Counted from the first letter of the stretch, positions 1 through 11,708 are shown. The stretch: DNA of 64,000 nucleotides from Candidatus Latescibacterota bacterium (GCA_965198115.1 OZ240241.1:5280001-5344000), one strand, 5' to 3'. Program-made: numbers and translations. The notes: a model not told the origin generated them from the sequence alone.

Positions 1-3000
1 CTTCTCCTGACCACCCCCGCCGGGGCCTTGGACACCCTCGTCGTAACTACTCCCGACCCGCTGCTCGAAGACTGGCGCTGGACCGAGTTCGACCGCCGCA
101 GCGGTCTTGCCGGCAGCGTCCTGGACGTGTTCGAGGATCGCGACGGCAACATCTGGTTTGGCACGAATAAAGGCGCCCAGAAATACGACGGCCTGCGATG
201 GACGCCTTATGCGGCCGTGGATGATTTCCCGATCCACTGGGTCCGAAGGGTGTCGCAGGCCCGAGACGGTGCAATGTGGTTCCTGGGAGGAGCCCAGTCG
301 GCGGAAGGCCAGAGGATAGCTGTCGCCACCCGACTTGTTGAAGCCACGGCCACCACACGGCTCGAGATGACCACACACACGTTCGAGGGATGGGGTTCCA
401 TCAATGGTTTCCTCGAAGCTGCTGACGGATCGATCTGGGTGAACCTGGTTAGCAGTTCTCAAACCGATGTGAACGACCTGCGGCGATATGTCAATGGCAG
501 CTGGGAAACGGTGGGGCAACCGGCACGAACCGCGTGGAACATCGTACAGGATCGAAACGGAGCGATCTGGGTTGGAGGCCAATCAGGCATTCTTCGTTAT
601 GATGGCGTGCGTTGGAGGGTGTTCGGAGGGAAGACCCGGATCAATCGAGTGAGCGTGGATGCCCAAGGAATCTATGGGTGGTCCACGTAGGAACCGACAA
701 CGCCGGTGTCAGTCGATTCGTCGAAGGTGAATGGGAGTATCATCCTCTGACGAGTGCTCAAAGTGTCTGGCACTCGAGCAATGGTACCGTGTGGGTCGGG
801 GGCAACGGTGCTGTCTCACGGTATCGGCACGGTCACTGGCATGCCACGGTTCCGCCTCGCGTGGGAGCTCGTGTAAGGGGACTCCACGCGTCAGACGGTT
901 CGCTCTGGCTTTGGTCCCAGGCCGGTGGAAGGGTTTTCCGACTTGCGCTCGCCACTACTGCAACCGTCTACAATCACCCCGACTCCCTGCTCGTCGGCCC
1001 GGAGGGGCAAGACGGGTCGATGTGGTTCCGAACGCAGACATCCGCCGTGCGAATGCAAGACAATCGATGGCTATCGTATGGACTTGAGGACGGTTTCCTC
1101 AACGGCGGCGTACGGGCATTGGAGCGGACACCGGACGGAGAAATCTGGGCGATCGGGTTCCATCGAGGCGAGGGAGCCGCAGCGAGATTCAGGTCTGAGA
1201 AGTGGGACATCTTTACTGAAAGGGATGGCCTGATCGACACACCGATAGGGCTCCTGCCTACGAGAGATGGCGGTCTGTGGGTAACCGGTTTACACGAAAG
1301 TGAGTGCGCCGTCACTCGATTCGAGACGGGGTCCGGTTGGGAGCGTTTCACAACGGTGCTGAAGGGCCCCGAAGGCGTCGGACAGGCCTACGAAGCCTCT
1401 GACGGCACGGTCTGGTTCGGAGCTGAGATCGACCAGAACCAGGGCACCGGTCTCTACCGCTACGATCCCAACCACGCCGCGACTGGCAGCCCTCCCTGGA
1501 TACACTTCGACGAGACGGACGGACTCACGACTGCAATCCCTCGTTTCGCACCGCTCGACGGCAGTGCCAGGGGCTTTACGGAGTGGCCGACCGGGACGCT
1601 CTGGGTCGGAACGTCGCTGGGCATTTACCGCGTCGATCTTGCGAGTCTCCCACAGCACAGAACTTTCCAGCAGCTTCTCACGCGCGAAGACTTCGGGATC
1701 CGACTCCCTAAATTTCACAACCTGACGCCGGCGGACGACGCGCTCTGGTTCCATCCCTTCTATCCCCGTGGCGGGGGCGTCGTCCGACACGATGGCCAAG
1801 CGTGGAAAACTTTCAGGCGAAGGGATGGCAGCTTCTGGATTAACACGAACACGGGAGTCGCCCAGGTGCGTTACCGAGAAGTCGAGGCCCCAGAGACCTT
1901 CCTCGAACCAGCGACTGAATCCGTGGCATCTGATGGAACCATTCTGCTCCGCTTCTCCGGTCGGACACGCTGGGACGCCACGTCGCCGGAGGACCTGGCC
2001 TATGCCTGGCGTCTTAAGGGGAGCGAATGGACCGAAACCCGCAACGCTCTCGTTAGCCTGACGGCACTCGATCCTGGCCGATACACCTTCGAGGTCAAGG
2101 CCAGGGCACCCACGCTCCGCGTCGACCAGACGCCCGCTGTCCATACGTTTGTCGTCGCAGCCCCGTGGTGGCGCAATCCCGTCGTAGCCGGCCCTGGTAT
2201 CTTGCTCGTCATCGCTGTCATCTTCCAGTCCGCCCGGGTCGTACGCGGCAAACGCCAACTCCAACAATCCGTCGACGCCCTCTCCGCGGCCAACCACGAG
2301 CTTTTCGCCGTCAACAAGGCACTGCAGCGCGACCGCGCCGTCGAGCGTATCCGCAGCCAGGTCCAGTCGATGGATCGAGCGGAAGATTTCGAGAAAGTCC
2401 TCTCCGAACTGACCACCGATCTCAAAGAAGTCGGTCTCACATTCGACGCCTGCGAAATCGACGTCCTTGACGAGCCAGTCGACGCACCGTCCATCGCCTA
2501 CTTCGAAGAACGCGGCTTCCGCTACACGACCTACAGCCTCGACCCGGACGGCAACGTCGCCTACCAGTCCTACCACGTCCAGGCCCCGTTCCCGACCGTC
2601 AACCAGGAAACGATCGAACGTTTCGTCGCCGGCGAACCCTGGCAGGCCCTGATCGGCGGCAAGGACGCCATCGTCGAAGTGCCCGCGTCCAACTACGGCC
2701 GCCTCCGCCTCACCTCGTCACAGCGCACCGAATTCACCGACGACGAAACCGAGACCCTCAAGGAATTCGCCTCCGCCATCGCCCTCGGTTACGCCCGCTA
2801 CCTCGACATCCGCGAGATCCAGCTCCAGACCGAGCGCAAGTCAGCCTTCCTCGCCGCGATGTCCCACGAGCTGAGAACCCCGATGAACGCCATCAAGGGA
2901 TTCACCAACCTCGTCCTCCGCCGCGGTCGAGATGAGCTGTCCGAACGCAATCAAGAGAACCTCGAAAAGGTTTCGCAGTCGAGCGACCACCTCCTCGCGA

Positions 3001-3548
3001 TGATCAACGACCTCCTCGACCTCTCGAAAATCGAAGCCGGCAGGATAGACGTGAACGTCGAGACCTTCGACATCGCAGAGCTGATCCAGTCCTGCTGCGA
3101 TACTGTCAATCCTCTCGTAAAAGAGAGCGTCGAGCTACGCCACGAGGTCGCAGCCGAGATCGGGGTGGTCAATACGGATCGCTCACGGACACAACAGATG
3201 GTGATCAACCTCTTGTCCAACGCCATTAAGTTCACGGACCAAGGTGAAGTCCGTGTTGAAGCCAATCGCCGTAGCCGCGGGCTTCAGCCCGTGGACCAAC
3301 AGGACGATCTCGTCATCGCGGTCTCCGATACAGGCAAGGGCATCCCTGAGGACGAACTCCTTGCACTATTCGACGAGTATCGCCAGGTCGAGGGTCAATC
3401 TGACAGCGATGTCCAAAAAGGCACCGGGCTAGGTCTTTCCATCACAAAGAAATTCGCCGAACTGTTAGGTGGGTCCATCACCGTAGAAAGCGAGGTCGGT
3501 AAAGGCACGACGTTTACGATCACGATTCCATCAACCTATTCGGTTTGA
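1..3548 (+). CDS. Sensor histidine kinase (beta-propeller sensor repeats, Y_Y_Y-like domain, TM helix, GAF-like region, HisKA, HATPase_c); 5' partial; frameshift near 669
   Basis: Frame 1 is open from base 1 (LLLTTPAGALDT). ORFs 28..690 and 612..3548 join as ..DAQG/NLWVVHVG if one A is restored near 669. Contains DxxGxIW propeller repeats, SHELRTP H-box, NLLSNAIKFT, DTGKGI and GTGLGL boxes. Confidence 0.9.
3271..3294 (+). repeat. GTAG-type REP-like palindrome inside the kinase coding sequence
   Basis: gtag ccgcgggc ttca gcccgtgg: GTAG plus an 8-bp stem, 24 nt, read as SRGLQPV. Similar hairpins occur intergenically at 18195-18246. Confidence 0.7.
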
Positions 3549-3581
3549 TCGATCGATTTTCCTGTGCAGATCTGTGACCGT

Positions 3582-3714
3582 GTGGGACCAAGCTCCGCTT
3601 GGGGAGGGCTCCATAGGTTTACAGTTGCCCCCAAACCTGTCTGGGGTGCTGGCCCATTCTTCGGGCCTGATGGATGACACATAGGCCGGTTCCCAGGCCG
3701 GAGCCTGGTCCCAC
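3582..3714. repeat. 133-bp element bounded by inverted palindromic ends (REP doublet/MITE-like)
   Basis: gtgggaccaagctccgcttggg ... cccaggccggagcctggtcccac are near-perfect reverse complements. Confidence 0.7.
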
Positions 3715-3736
3715 CTCAATGGCCAGCGAAAGCCGA

Positions 3737-3773
3737 TTTCCTGATTCCCTATTTCCCTAATTCCCTAATTCCC
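3737..3773 (+). repeat. Octamer tandem array (TTCCCTAA-like, about 4.5 units); second copy at 8658-8673
   Basis: tttcctga ttccctat ttccctaa ttccctaa ttccc directly before ATG 3775. Confidence 0.8.
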
Positions 3774-3774
3774 A

Positions 3775-6700
3775 ATGCATCTCTCGATCCTCACATTTTT
3801 CATTCTTCATTTTTCCATGCGGCGCCAGCCGCCGAGCCCCCAGCCATCGGTCGTCTGCATTTCTGGATCCCCGCAGACTCCGCCGAAGTGTTCGACCGTC
3901 TCTATACCCAGCACGTCACCCCCTACCTCGACAGCCTCGGTTTCGTCGAATCGGATGAGCGTCCCCGAGAGACACCGCCCTACGCATATAACCGCCTTTA
4001 TGATTTCACCAGTTTCCAGGAAATCAATCGCCAGAACCGTAGACTGACCGTCGACCCACGATGGCGTGAGATTCGGAAGAAACTCGGCAGCGCTTTGCCA
4101 TCCGCCGCGAGTGAGGACGGTCTCCTCGAGACGAGCGACAGACGACCCCTTCGTCCCTATACAGTGACCGGAGCCCACGGCACGACCGTTCCGTTGGGAC
4201 CCGGCAAACAGAAGCGGGTCGGATCCTACCGGGGCAGCTGGCACCACTTCGACAAGACCAAGGGCCTTGACGCCTCCCTGTTAGCGTGCTTTTACGAGGA
4301 TGCCGAGGGAAGTCTGTGGCTTGGCACGCGAGACGGCGCGGTTCGCTATCGGAACGGCAGGTTCCAAACCTACAAGATCGAAGGCTCTCCCGATCGGCGC
4401 TACTTCTACGCATTTTACACGAATCCTGATGGCAAACTGTGGGCGGGAACGCGAGACGGCATTCTCGAGTTCAACGGATCCGGCTTCGATCAGATCGTCG
4501 GCCACGATGTGCTCCCTGGAGGGCACGCACACGAACTCGTCGAAGATGGGGCTGGGAACATTTGGACATCATCTGACCGCGGTGTCGCCCGATTCGACGG
4601 GGAATCCTGGACGACCTACGACGAGAAGGACGGGCTTCCGCGCGCCAACGTCAGAGGAATCGTCGCGGATCGCCAGGGCAGAGTCTGGTTTCTCGTTCGC
4701 TCGGGATTCGGGTTGTTGGACGGTGGGCTGGCAGTTTACGAGCACGGACGATTCACGAGCCTGCCCGGGAAAGATGCCCCCGAAGGCATTCGGATGTGGT
4801 CGGCCATCGTGGATACCAACGGGGATCTCTGGACCTCGGGGGTAGGCCTCATCACCCGATTCGACGGATCGGTCTGGCATCGCTTCACAGTCGACGACGG
4901 CCTACCGAACACCAGGGTGGGCGGTCTGGTCGAGGATAGTCGCGGAATCATCTGGTATTGGACGGACGAACGGGGTGTCGGTTTTATCGAGAACGGCCGC
5001 GTGACCACGTTTGCTCCACCCGATCGTCCTGCGCTTCACGTGATCAGCGGCGACCGCGTGGTCGAAGATGCGGATGGCACGATCTGGTTCGGAACCCAGG
5101 GTGGCGCGGTGCGCTACGACGGTCAGGACTGGCAGGTGTTCGGGACCGAAGAGGGGTTGTCGGAGGATGCTGCGTCCAGGATTTATGCGGACAGAGAGGG
5201 CAGAATCTGGCTGGCCGGCCAGGGTGGGACGCTGAGCCTCTATGATCCGAACACCTGGCACCACTTCACGACCGACGATGGTTTGCCGGCCAACAACATC
5301 ACAGCGAGTCTGATCGACAACACCGGCAACCTCTGGTTTGGTTCCCACGGAGGCGGGATAGGTCGGTTCAACGGCGAAACGTTCACGGTCTTCAGGACAG
5401 AGGACGGGATTCCCGAGAACCGGGTCCGTCGCCTCAGGAAAGATCGAAAAGGCGGCATCTGGCTCGCCACCCGTGGTGGGATGAGCTGCCTGGATTCCGA
5501 AACCGGGATGCTAACGAATTACACGGAGCGTGATGGCCTGATTCGCCATCGTATCAATGATATTGGCCAGGATGGCCGGGGCAGGATCTGGGCATCGCAG
5601 TGGCAGGCCGGCGTGGTTCGTCTGTCGGGAAATCGAATGGACTTCTTCGACTTGATCGACGATGTGCCCAGGCTTCTGTCGGAGGTTTTCGGGGACAGTC
5701 GGGGTAATGTGTGGTTCGGCCTGCACTGGGGGTCGGGAGAAGTTGTCCGCCGAGGGCCAAACGGGTTGCAGCGGTTTAATCGTGACGATGGGCTACCCGA
5801 TGCTTACGTCCGAGGCCTGCTGGAAGACAGCAAGGGGAACATCTGGATCGCCACATCCGGCGGCGGTGTCTGCCGTTACGACGGATCGAAGTTCGACGTG
5901 TTGACGACTACGGATGGACTGGCGAGCGACAACGTGAGTGCTGTCTTCGAAGATGAGGACGGTCACCTCTGGTTCGGCACGCGGAATGGCGCCAGCCGGT
6001 ACAATGGCAAGACCATCGCGTCGATCACCAAGGAGGACGGACTCTCCGGGAACTACGTTCGGTCGATCGTGCAGGACGACAGAGGAGATCTCTGGTTCAG
6101 CACGAACGAAGGCGTCACACGGTATCGCCAGCCGCCAGAGGATCCTCCTACCGTCGGCCTCTCGGCCATCGTCGCCGATCGCAGGATCGAGGATTTCACG
6201 GACCTGGCTTTCCCATCAACCATCGGACTCCTGAGCTTCGAATTCGACGGCACGAGCCACGCAACGCGGCCCGATAACATTCTCTTCAGATACCGTCTCG
6301 ACGGATTCGATGACGACTGGCAAGTCACCCGTTCCAGACGCGTCGAATACGCCGACCTACCGCGAGGCGACTACTCGCTTTCCCTTCAAGCCGTTGATCG
6401 TGACCTCGTCTATTCCGACGTCGTCTCCATCCCCTTCACCGTACACGCCCCCTATCGTCAGATCGCGCTCGTCACGGCCCTCGTCCTGGCCATCGGACTC
6501 GTCGCTCTTCAGGGCGTGCGGGTCGTGCGCCGGGACCGTCGTCTCCACGAATCCAACCAGGCCCTGTCCGACGCCAACAACCAGCTCTTCCAGGTCAATC
6601 GAGACCTCGAAACCGCCAACGTCGAGCTCCAGCGCGACCGCGCGCTGGAAAGAATCCGGGCCGAAGTCCAGTCGATGGATCGGGCCGAAGACTTTGAGAA

Positions 6701-7866
6701 GGTCCTGTCTCTCCTCACGGCCGACCTGAAATCAGGTTGGACTCCAATTCGCATCCTGCGAAATCGATGTGCTCGATGAACCGCTCGAGAACCCGTCTAT
6801 GTCCCGGTTCGAAGCAGGCGGCTTCCGCTACACGACCTACACGCTGGACCCTGATGGCCACGTCACCTCCGAAGCCTTCGCGGTCGCGGCGCCATTCCCC
6901 GCCGTAAACCGACAGACTATCGAACGCTTCATCGATGGCGAGCCCTGGCAGGCTATCATCGGCGGAACAGAATCGATTCTGGAAGTCCCCGCCGGCAGCT
7001 ACGGTCGCTTACGTCTCATCGCTACAGAACGCGATCAGTTTGCGGACGACGAAACCGCCACACTGAGGGAGTTCGCCGACGCCGTCGCGCTGGGCTACGC
7101 CCGCTATCTCGACATCCGCGAGATCCAGCTGCAAACCGAGCGTAAGTCCGCCTTCCTCGCCTCGATGTCCCACGAGCTCCGAACCCCGATGAACGCCATC
7201 AAAGGCTTCACGAATATGGTTCTTCGCCGGGCGGGCGACGTTCTCCCCGACCTGCAGAAGCAGAATCTTCAGAAGGTTGACCAAGCCAGCGATCACCTCC
7301 TCGCGATGATCAACGACCTCCTCGACCTCTCCAAAATCGAAGCCGGACGGATGGATGTGTCTCCCGAAGTCTTCGATGTGTCAGAACTCATCAGATCCTG
7401 CTGCGACACTGTCAGCCCGCTGGTCAAAGACGGCGTCGAACTACGTCACGAAATCGCGGAGAGCATCGGCGAAGCCCATACCGACCGCTCACGACTGCAA
7501 CAGATGGTCATCAATCTGCTTAGCAATGCAATCAAGTTCACGGATGAAGGAGCGGTGACGGTGTCCGCGGTTGTCCCCTCGACTCCGCTCGGGACAGGCT
7601 CTGGGCAGTCGGCGGAAGATGCGTCACTTGTCATCGCGGTGAGTGATACGGGCAAGGGAATCCCCGCAGAGGAACTCCCAACGCTCTTCGACGAGTATCG
7701 CCAGGTCGAAGGTCAATCCGATAACGATGTTCAAAAGGGCACCGGCCTCGGCCTATCCATCACAAAGAAATTCGCCGAGCTACTGAGTGGATCGATCGCT
7801 GTCGAAAGCGAAGTCGGCAAAGGCACAACATTTACCATCACCATTCCAGCAACCTATTCAGCGTAG
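3775..7866 (+). CDS. Sensor histidine kinase paralog (signal peptide, extra N-terminal domain, propeller repeats, Y_Y_Y, TM, GAF-like, HisKA, HATPase_c); frameshifts near 3815 and 6736
   Basis: ORFs 3888..6779 and 6769..7866 join as LKS/VGLQFASCEIDVLDE, matching paralog 1. The frame is open upstream of 3888 and a likely signal peptide starts at ATG 3775. H, N and G boxes are present. Confidence 0.88.
7576..7602 (-). repeat. 27-nt mini-element copy inside the kinase CDS
   Basis: 7575-7601 is the exact reverse complement of 58158-58184. It encodes PSTPLGTGS. Confidence 0.85.
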
Positions 7867-7943
7867 GCACAAGCACGCCGTTTCATACGCCCATTGGTGT
7901 AGGGACGAGTTGCAATGCACCCAAGAACCCATCACGCGTAGTC

Positions 7944-8575
7944 ATGACCTCCGGCAAAGCCGGAGGCTTGAAAACTTGTGAACCGCTCAAAGCGGTTGGA
8001 AACCAAGCGCCACCTAAAGGTGGCGATTACCTGAAAATGTTGAGCTGGTCGAGACGCCGGTCCTCCCGCTCCTGGTTCTGGATATACTCCCGAACCGTCT
8101 GTTCATCCTTGCCAACGGTGGAGACCCAGTAGCCTCTTGCCCAGAAATGCTGCCCGGTGAAGTTCGACCTGCGTCCCAGATAGTTCCGAGCAATGTGAAT
8201 CGCACTCTTTCCTTTGATGAACCCTACCGTCTGAGCTACTGAGTGCTTCGGCGGGATCGAAATCAACGTGTGCACATGGTCGGATCGCAGGTGACCCTCT
8301 TCCACACGGCATTCCTTCTGTGCGGCCAGATCCCGAATCACCTCGCCCAGATAGCGACGAATTTCACCATACAACACTTTTCTACGATACTTCCGAACCC
8401 AAACAACGTCATACTTGCACTCCCATACCGTGTGACGTAGACTCCTTACGTTGTTCATTAGAGAGCCTTCCTTCCGTGTGCTTTGAGCGGTCCACGGCAA
8501 GGGAGGCTCTTACATATTTCTGGAACTGTCAAACTCTGGGAGTCTCCCCGGCAGAGCCGGGGGCTTACCAAGGTT
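7944..8575 (-). mobile_element. IS200/IS605-family element, tnpA only (ends approximate)
   Basis: Subterminal hairpins cctccggc-aaa-gccggagg (7948-7966) and ccccggc-aga-gccgggg (8546-8562) flank a Y1 transposase. Confidence 0.85.
8027..8458 (-). CDS. tnpA: IS200/IS605 Y1 transposase TnpA
   Basis: CKYDVVWVRKYRRK, HUH motif DHVH, FWARGY, catalytic YIQNQ. ATG 8458 follows a GGAAGG RBS. Confidence 0.95.
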   Translation of the reverse strand: MNNVRSLRHTVWECKYDVVWVRKYRRKVLYGEIRRYLGEVIRDLAAQKECRVEEGHLRSDHVHTLISIPPKHSVAQTVGFIKGKSAIHIARNYLGRRSNFTGQHFWARGYWVSTVGKDEQTVREYIQNQEREDRRLDQLNIFR

Positions 8576-8684
8576 TAGTTATTGCATCCGAATAGAACGG
8601 CGATATCTTTTTGTTGCAATTCGCATCTCTGACAAGAGATAGAAGTCATCTCATAAATTTCCTAATTCCCTAATAGGTTTCCCG

Positions 8685-9173
8685 ATGCTCGACCAGGCCC
8701 AGGTTTCTCACCGGCTGAAAATCGCCCAGAAGATCCCCTTTCTAAAAGATTTGTCGGCAGATCAGGTCAACCGGGTGCTTCAGTCCGGCAAGCTCGCGTC
8801 AGTGGATGCCGGTAAACACCTTTGCAAGTCGGGTGACCACAGCAGTGCAATGTGGGTCCTGCTGGGTGGGCAACTGTCAATCCGGGATGGAGAAACAGTC
8901 CTGGCCATACTCGACGCAGTCGACCTTGCAGGAGAGATGGGACTGGTCACCGGTTTGCCACGCTCCGCCACCATCTTGGTCGCCCGGGACGCCGTTGTTC
9001 TCGAGATACAGAAGTTGCGTCTCGACGCACTCCTGAAAGATGACATCGACCTGGAAAGAAAACTCTATCGCAATATGCTGCAATCCCTCTGCGGTAAACT
9101 CAGGCAAAACAATGCTCAGATGACACAGGATGGCACGACGCTCGAGCGCGAAATCGCCGCTTCACTCACCTGA
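8685..9173 (+). CDS. Cyclic nucleotide-binding domain protein (no HTH)
   Basis: IPFLKDL, GEMGLVTGLPRSAT phosphate-binding cassette; 162 aa. Confidence 0.85.
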   Translation: MLDQAQVSHRLKIAQKIPFLKDLSADQVNRVLQSGKLASVDAGKHLCKSGDHSSAMWVLLGGQLSIRDGETVLAILDAVDLAGEMGLVTGLPRSATILVARDAVVLEIQKLRLDALLKDDIDLERKLYRNMLQSLCGKLRQNNAQMTQDGTTLEREIAASLT

Positions 9174-9253
9174 ACCCGTGTCCTTCGGACGCCTGGTCAA
9201 TCCTCTTCCACGATCAGCCTCTTCACCAATTTGTAGATTCATATCCCCTGTGC

Positions 9254-9325
9254 AGCGTCGAAAGCGATATCGGGAAGGGCAGCACCTTCACAATCACCCT
9301 TCCTTCGGGATACATCGCTGAGTGA
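9254..9325 (+). pseudogene. Relic C-terminus of a third histidine kinase
   Basis: Translates SVESDIGKGSTFTITLPSGYIAE*, matching the kinase ends VESEVGKGTTFTITIP. Confidence 0.75.
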
Positions 9326-9551
9326 GCAGGCGTGGAGGGCAGGAGAGTAGGTGTTGGCACTGCTTTCCCGTCCGACGCAGCAACAAGCTTGTCGCATCCT
9401 CTCGCCGACGGTTTATTGGGTGCTCTACTCGTTTCGCCCTTTCCCAGGCAACGGTGAACGGCTCACGCTCCCCCCAGTTCGTGAGACGTCCGCCGAAGCA
9501 ATCGATCTCTTCAAAGTTTGCAAGAACACCATCATCCCGAACGAGGTCCCC

Positions 9552-10556
9552 ATGCCCCTTAATCCCCAATGGCTCTCCCAAATCACCGAAGAAATCATCG
9601 ACCCCGACCGCCCCATCGTCGACCCACACCACCACTTCTGGCACAATGGTCGACGGGGCTACCCCTATCTCCTCGAACAATTGTGGGAGGACACCAACTC
9701 GGGTCATCGGATCGAGCAGACTGTGTTCGTCGAGTGCGGCGCAGAGTACGGTCAGGATGGGCCCGAGGAGATGCGGCCGGTGGGCGAGACCCCGTTCGTC
9801 GCCGATCTCGCATCTCGATCGACTGAGGACGGCGGTGCGACCGTCGCAGGCATCGTCGGCCACGCTAACATCGCGCTCGGCGCCGATGTGAAACCCGTGC
9901 TCGAAGCCCATATCGAAGCCGGACGAGGCCTGTTCCGCGGGATTCGTCATCACGGCAGCTGGGACGCAAGTCCGGATGTCCCCAACTCCCGCATTGAGCC
10001 TCCTCCCCATCTCTTCCTTTCCTCCGATTTCCAGGCGGGGATCAGACAACTGGGTGCACTGGGACTCAGTTTCGACGCGTGGTGCTATCATCCCCAGATC
10101 CCCGAGGTTGCCGAACTCGCGAAGGCGTGTTCTGAGACGACGATCATCCTGAATCACCTCGGCGGCGTCATCGGCATCGGTCCCTACGCGAATCGTCGTG
10201 ACGAAGTCTTCGAGCAGTGGAAGCAGAGCTACGCTGGTCTCAGCGATTGCCCCAACGTCTATGGCAAGATCGGCGGCCTCGCGCAGGGTGTGAACGGACA
10301 GGGTTGGGAGAAACGCGATCTGCCTCCCACATCCGACGAAATCGCCGACGTCCAGCGTCCGTATTACCTCCACGCCATCGAATGTCTCGGCCCCGACCGC
10401 TGTATGTTCGAGAGCAATTTCCCCGTCGAAAAAGAATCCGTATCCTACCACGTCCTCTACAATGCGTTCAAGAAGATCGCGGCGGATTTCAGCGAGAATG
10501 AGAAAGATGATCTGTTTCGAGGGAGTGCGATTAGAGCGTATCGATTAAAGGCGTGA
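9552..10556 (+). CDS. Amidohydrolase_2 family protein (lactonase-like)
   Basis: DPHHH metal motif, FRGIRH, LNHLGG, FESNFP. GAGG RBS before ATG 9552. Confidence 0.9.
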   Translation: MPLNPQWLSQITEEIIDPDRPIVDPHHHFWHNGRRGYPYLLEQLWEDTNSGHRIEQTVFVECGAEYGQDGPEEMRPVGETPFVADLASRSTEDGGATVAGIVGHANIALGADVKPVLEAHIEAGRGLFRGIRHHGSWDASPDVPNSRIEPPPHLFLSSDFQAGIRQLGALGLSFDAWCYHPQIPEVAELAKACSETTIILNHLGGVIGIGPYANRRDEVFEQWKQSYAGLSDCPNVYGKIGGLAQGVNGQGWEKRDLPPTSDEIADVQRPYYLHAIECLGPDRCMFESNFPVEKESVSYHVLYNAFKKIAADFSENEKDDLFRGSAIRAYRLKA

Positions 10557-10577
10557 CGATTTGCCGTCGCGAAGCTG

Positions 10578-10607
10578 CACCCCGGTAGGCTTCTGAGCCG
10601 GGGCCCA
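10578..10607 (+). repeat. Half copy of the gtcaccccgg..ccggggccca palindrome family
   Basis: caccccggtaggcttctgagccggggccca matches 15283 and 25541. Confidence 0.65.
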
Positions 10608-10720
10608 CTTTTATCTTCGTGAAAAACGGCGAAGATGAATCACGGCTCAACTCACTGCCAGGAGACAGTATGGTCGCTCAACGCCGCGAATGAGGACGCC
10701 ATCCCTAATAGAGAATCCCA

Positions 10721-11708
10721 ATGCCCGTCAATCACGAGTGGCTCTCCAAGGTCACTGAAGAGATCGTCGATCCCGATCGACCCATTGTCGACCCCCACCA
10801 CCACTTCTGGAAGAGCGGACGCTGGGGCCGCTACTTGCTCGACGACCTGTGGACCGACACGAACAGCGGCCATCGCATCGAGCGGACCGTCTTTCTCGAG
10901 TGCCGAGCTGAGTACGACCAAACCGCGCCAGAGATCGAAGCGCCGCTCGGGGAGACCCGATTTGTTGCGGATCTGGCCGCTCGATCGGCAGAGGGCGAAG
11001 GTATGCGGCATCATCGGACACGTCAACTTTCGATTCGGGTCCGAGGTTGAAGCGGTTCTGAAAGCGCATATCGAAGCCGGAAACGGGCTGTTTCGCGGCA
11101 TCCGACAATCCTGCACCTGGGATGCGAGCGACCAGATCCCGAACGCAGGCAGCAATCCGATCCAGTATCTCTATCGTCAGGATGATTTCCGCAAGGGATT
11201 CGCACAGCTGGCTCCGCTGGCACTCAGCTTCGAATCCTGGCTTTACCACACGCAGCTGCCCGACCTGACAGAACTGGCGCGTGCGTTTCCCGACACCACC
11301 CTCGTCGTCAACCATCTCGGAGGCTCCCTCGGTATCGGGCCCTACGCGAATCGTCGAGAAGAAATCTTCTCCCAATGGGCAGAGAACTATGCGGCACTCA
11401 GTGAATGTCCGAACGTGTTCGCCAAGATTGGGGGCATTTCGATGACAGCGAACGGGTTCGGTTGGGACGAGCGGGACCTTCCGCCCACTTCGGACGAGCT
11501 GGCGGATGCCCAGCGGCCCTACTACCTTCACGCGATCGAATGCTTCGGCCCGAACCGGTGTATGTTCGAAAGCAACTTCCCGGTCGAGAAGCAGTCCGTC
11601 TCGTATCACGTCCTGTGGAATGCATTCAAGAAGGTTGCCGCCGACTTCAGCGAGGATGAGAAAGACGATCTGTTTCGAGGAACGGCGGAAAGGGTGTATC
11701 GGTTGTAG
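10721..11708 (+). CDS. Amidohydrolase_2 tandem paralog; frameshift near 10995
   Basis: ORF 10721..11050 gives the N-terminus and ORF 10635..11708 the C-terminus; both align with 9552..10556. Confidence 0.88.

Noticed and set aside
1290-2576. Long antisense ORFs (also 9294..10451, 35553..36713, 39477..40928, 42628..43836, 62032..62925)
   Set aside because: They lie opposite well-supported genes and lack motifs; they are expected shadows of GC-rich codon usage.
7944-8575. IS200 TnpA as the mobiliser (RAYT) of the REP-like families
   Set aside because: It is a typical IS200 TnpA with its own end hairpins, which do not match the repeat families; no tnpB is present.
9351-9551. Extended N-termini in the ORF track (9351, 20858, 28785, 31205, 35196, 41218, 60008, 61020)
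   Set aside because: Downstream starts with an RBS and the onset of homology fit better; several extensions run through repeats.
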